26,015 bases of DNA from Burkholderiales bacterium (GTDB lineage Bacteria; Pseudomonadota; Gammaproteobacteria; Burkholderiales; Burkholderiaceae_C), in NCBI GenBank assembly GCA_011390055.1, contig JAABTC010000001.1, positions 1-26,015 on the forward strand. The letters are read 5' to 3'. A program made the translations under genes and the position numbers. Positions within the stretch are counted from its first letter, which is position 1, and each line of letters begins with the position of its first letter. Under the pieces are notes generated by a model, which saw only the letters and a list, made by a program, of their open reading frames with translations, did not search any database and was not told the DNA's origin. Positions 23,151 through 26,015 of the stretch are shown piece by piece.

Positions 23151-23612
23151 GTGGCCCCCCCCCGAAGCGCCTTCGGCGCCTCCCCCCCAGGAGGGCGACG
23201 CCAGCGGACCGGCAAAGCCGGATCCGCGGCGTCCGCTTGGTCGCGGGCGGTGGTACTCACCCTGCTCGCCTGTTCCCAGGCGAGTCTCGCGGCTGAGGGT
23301 CGCACACCGCAGCCGACGATCGAGCCCGCGCGCGCCGGCACGCAATGCCTCGCAGACCCAGCGACGATGCGCCGCGACCACCCCGCCATGCTCGAGCACC
23401 AGCGCGACCTGACGGTGCGCGGCGGCATCCGCGGGGCGAAAGCCAGTCTCAGGGCCTGCATCGGCTGCCACGCCAGTTCAACAACTCACAGCGTCGCCAA
23501 GAGTGACACCAACTTCTGCGTCAGTTGCCACAGCTACGTCGCGGTGCGCATCGACTGTTTCGAATGCCATGCCACCAAGCCGTCGGCCACGGCATTGAGC
23601 CGGTCGCCATGA
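23151..23612 (+). CDS. dsrJ: DsrJ triheme cytochrome c (start uncertain)
   Basis: MRRDH, HQRDLTVR.GIR, CIGCH, CVSCH and CFECH. The N-terminus is interrupted by a palindromic element; an alternative GTG lies at 23250. Confidence 0.88.
   Translation: MAPPRSAFGASPPGGRRQRTGKAGSAASAWSRAVVLTLLACSQASLAAEGRTPQPTIEPARAGTQCLADPATMRRDHPAMLEHQRDLTVRGGIRGAKASLRACIGCHASSTTHSVAKSDTNFCVSCHSYVAVRIDCFECHATKPSATALSRSP
23155..23240. repeat. GC-rich multi-hairpin palindromic element (REP/RPE-like), one copy in the window
   Basis: CCGAAG-cgc-CTTCGG, C-runs, and a 16-bp bulged stem GACGCC-a-GCGGA-CCGGC-aaa-GCCGG-a-TCCGC-GGCGTC (23197-23233). Interspersed-repeat status is from recollection and was not verified. 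Confidence 0.6.
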
Positions 23613-24385
23613 GCGCGCACGAACACGACAGCGCAGACGCCGAAGCCTCTGCGGGCTCGACCCGGCGCGGCTTTCTCGGCGTCGCCGCGGTGGCGATGGG
23701 CGGCACGCTGCTGGCCGGCGGCGTGCGCCTGATCGAGGTCCAGGCCGCGACACCGTCCATGCCGTCGGCCGGTGCCGACCCCCAGGTGCGCTGGGGCCTG
23801 CTGATCGACACCGAGAAGTGCGCCAGCGGCTGCACCGATTGCGTCACTGCCTGCAACACCGAGAACGGCCTGGCCGCGCCGCAGCGCCCGACCGACGTGC
23901 AATGGATCCGCAAGATCGAGATCAAGGAAATCAAGACGCAGCGTGCGGTGTCGTTGCCGGTGATGTGCCAGCACTGCGCCGAGCCGCCGTGCGTCGACGT
24001 CTGCCCGACAGGCGCCTCGTTCAAGCGCGCCGACGGCATCGTGATGGTCGATCGTCACACCTGCATCGGCTGCCGCTATTGCGTGATGGCCTGCCCCTAC
24101 CAGGCGCGCTCCTTCGTGCACGAGCCGCTGGTCGATCAAAAACCCGAGGTGCCGCGGGGCAAGGGCTGCGTCGAGAGCTGCACGCTGTGCGTGCACCGCA
24201 TCGACCAGGGCCAGCAGAACACCGCCTGCGCCGAAGCCTGCACGCAAGCCGGCCATGGCGCGATCGTCTTCGGCGACTTGAACGACCCCGCCAGCGAAAT
24301 CTCTCGCCGCGCCAAGGCCGCGGCGACGAAGCAGTTGCGCGCGGACCTACACCTGGACCTCGGTGTGCGTTATCAAGGCCTTTGA
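23609..24385 (+). CDS. dsrO: DsrO periplasmic NrfC-like Fe-S protein (258 aa)
   Basis: Tat TRRGFLG, CASGCTDCVTAC, CQHCAEPPCVDVC, CIGCRYCVMAC and CTLC. ATG 23609 overlaps the dsrJ stop (ATGA). Confidence 0.95.
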   Translation: MSAHEHDSADAEASAGSTRRGFLGVAAVAMGGTLLAGGVRLIEVQAATPSMPSAGADPQVRWGLLIDTEKCASGCTDCVTACNTENGLAAPQRPTDVQWIRKIEIKEIKTQRAVSLPVMCQHCAEPPCVDVCPTGASFKRADGIVMVDRHTCIGCRYCVMACPYQARSFVHEPLVDQKPEVPRGKGCVESCTLCVHRIDQGQQNTACAEACTQAGHGAIVFGDLNDPASEISRRAKAAATKQLRADLHLDLGVRYQGL

Positions 24386-24386
24386 G

Positions 24387-25580
24387 ATGAGCGCCGTGCT
24401 GCTCCAAAAATCGCGCCGCGACGAACGCTGGTTCTACGCCGTGCTTGCCCTCGGCGTCCTGAGCGTGCTGGGTGGCCTCGGCGCGGCGCACTGGATGGAA
24501 GTCGAGGGCCATGTCGTCACCGGCATGAACAACCAGGTCGTCTGGGGCCTGCCGCATGTCTTCGCGATCTTCATGATCGTCGCCGGTTCAGGCGTGCTCA
24601 ACGTCGCCTCGATCGGCTCCGTCTTCGGCGTGCCGCTGTACAAGAAGCGCGCGCCGCTGTCGGCGCTGCTGTGCCTGGCGCTGCTGGCCGGCGGGCTGAT
24701 GGTGCTGATGCTCGACCTCGGCCGGCCCGAGCGCCTCGTCGTCGCCGCCACGCACTACAACTTCACGTCGGTCTTCGCCTGGAACGTCTTCCTCTACAGC
24801 GGCATGTTCGCGATCGTCGCGATTTACCTGTGGACGATGTTCGAGCGGCGATTCAACGGCTACACCCAGGCCATCGGCGTGGCCGCGCTGCTGTGGCGCT
24901 TTGCACTGACCACCGGCACCGGCTCCATCTTCGGCCTGCTCGTCGCGCGCCAGGCCTACCAGTCGGCGCTGCTCGCGCCGCTGTTCATCGTGCTGTCCTT
25001 CGGCTGGGGGCTGGCGGTGTTCATCGTTGCGCAGTCCGCGCTGCTGCGCTGGAGCGGCCGTGAGCTCGACGGCGTCGTGCGGCAGCGCATCGATCGGCTG
25101 CTCGGCATCTTCGTGGCCGCCGCGCTGTACCTCGTTGCGGTCCACCACCTGACGAACCTGTACTTCGCGCGCCAGGCCGGCTTCGAGTCCTTTATCCTGC
25201 TCGGCCGCGGCGGTGGCGGCCTTTTTGCCACGCTGTTCTGGGGCGGCTTCGTGCTCGCGGGCTCGCTGCTGCCGATGCTTCTCGTCTTTCACCCGCGTTT
25301 GGCCAGCGAGCGCAACAGCCTGGCCGCGGCGCTGCTGGTGCTGCTTGGCGCCTTCGCCTGGCTCTATGTCTTCGTCATCGGCAGCCAAGCCTTCCCGCTC
25401 GACATCTTCCCGGGCTTCGAAGTCCGCAGCACCTTCGGCGACGGCATCGTCGCGCGCTACAGCCCCCGCTGGCCCGAGTGGCTGCTCGGCATCGGCGGCC
25501 TTGGCGCGGCCTTCGTGATCACGACGGTCGGCGTGCGCCTGTTCGACTTCCTGCCACACGACGAGGTCGCTGCGCGATGA
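24387..25580 (+). CDS. dsrP: DsrP NrfD/PsrC-family membrane protein (397 aa)
   Basis: TGMNNQVVWGLPHVFAIF, LDLGRPERL, TTGTGSIFG and many transmembrane segments. Start moved to ATG 24387. Confidence 0.95.
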   Translation: MSAVLLQKSRRDERWFYAVLALGVLSVLGGLGAAHWMEVEGHVVTGMNNQVVWGLPHVFAIFMIVAGSGVLNVASIGSVFGVPLYKKRAPLSALLCLALLAGGLMVLMLDLGRPERLVVAATHYNFTSVFAWNVFLYSGMFAIVAIYLWTMFERRFNGYTQAIGVAALLWRFALTTGTGSIFGLLVARQAYQSALLAPLFIVLSFGWGLAVFIVAQSALLRWSGRELDGVVRQRIDRLLGIFVAAALYLVAVHHLTNLYFARQAGFESFILLGRGGGGLFATLFWGGFVLAGSLLPMLLVFHPRLASERNSLAAALLVLLGAFAWLYVFVIGSQAFPLDIFPGFEVRSTFGDGIVARYSPRWPEWLLGIGGLGAAFVITTVGVRLFDFLPHDEVAAR

Positions 25581-26015
25581 GCTCGATCCGCTGCCCGCGC
25601 CTGCTCGTCTCCGCGGCCCACAAGTCCTCGGGCAAGACGACGCTCGCCGTCGGGCTGGCCCGGGCGCTGGCCGAGCGCGGTCTGGCGGTGCAGACCTTCA
25701 AGAAGGGTCCCGACTACATCGACCCGATGTGGCTGGCGCGCGCCAGCGCCCGCCCCTGCTTCAACCTCGACCCGCACTTGATGCACGACGCCGAAATCGG
25801 CAGTCTGTTCGCACGGCATGCGCGCAATGCCGACGTGAGCCTGGTCGAGGGCAACAAGGGCCTCTACGACGGCCTGGCCCTGGACGGCAGCAACAGCAAT
25901 GCCGCGCTGGCACGGCGCCTGGACATGCCGGTGCTGCTGGTGATCGACGCCCGCGGCATGACGCGCGGCATCGCGCCGCTGATCCTCGGCTACCAGGCCT
26001 TCGACCGCCAGGTGC
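25577..26015 (+). CDS. dsrN: DsrN cobyrinate a,c-diamide synthase-like siroheme amidase (partial, runs off the window)
   Basis: Not in the ORF track because it has no stop in the window. Translated by hand: MSSIRCPRLLVSAAHKSSGKTT...FKKGPDYIDP...LVEGNKGLYDG. ATGA overlap with dsrP. Confidence 0.92.
   Translation, partial: MSSIRCPRLLVSAAHKSSGKTTLAVGLARALAERGLAVQTFKKGPDYIDPMWLARASARPCFNLDPHLMHDAEIGSLFARHARNADVSLVEGNKGLYDGLALDGSNSNAALARRLDMPVLLVIDARGMTRGIAPLILGYQAFDRQV

Noticed and set aside
23148-23153. dsrJ is in the same frame directly after the dsrL TAG with a hairpin downstream, suggesting amber read-through to a DsrL-DsrJ fusion
   Set aside because: No pyl genes in the window, DsrL ends at its expected C-terminus, and fusing a cytoplasmic flavoprotein to an exported cytochrome is implausible.
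15061-23471. Long minus-strand ORFs (15061-16986, 18570-19622, 19862-21115, 21123-23471)
   Set aside because: Antisense to dsrA, dsrCM, dsrK and dsrL; artefacts of codon bias.
1-26015. CRISPR array or additional cas genes to explain cas6
   Set aside because: No regularly spaced 25-40-nt repeats and no other Cas-like ORF were seen by eye. A degenerate mini-array cannot be fully excluded without software.

Overview
A high-GC betaproteobacterial-looking (Burkholderiales-like; inferred) sulfur-oxidation supercluster in two divergent arms that meet at a 143-bp intergenic region (14951-15093). The right arm (+) is an oxidative (reverse) Dsr operon, dsrABEFHCMKLJOP plus partial dsrN, with no dsrD. 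The left arm (-) begins with a tightly coupled block of nine mostly uncharacterised genes: a 73-aa protein, an orphan Cas6/Cmx6-like protein, a DsrC paralogue lacking the C-terminal Cys, a 214-aa hypothetical, a TauD-family dioxygenase, an HTH/[2Fe-2S]/FNR fusion, an S24/LexA-like domain lacking its catalytic Lys, a 72-aa protein and a 7-Cys protein. It continues with an ArsR-family regulator, a complete sox set (soxCDYZAXB), and two metallo-beta-lactamase-fold genes flanking a periplasmic DsrE-like gene. The best candidate for an undescribed system is the nine-gene block (9712-14950), especially the cas6 with no array or other cas genes in the window. SoxCD next to rDsr is also unusual, and a multi-hairpin palindromic element sits in frame at the 5' end of dsrJ. 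No CRISPR array, tRNA, rRNA, transposase or integrase was seen. All family assignments come from motif recognition by eye, without database searches. Several start codons were moved from the ORF track using RBS, gene overlap and signal-peptide evidence.
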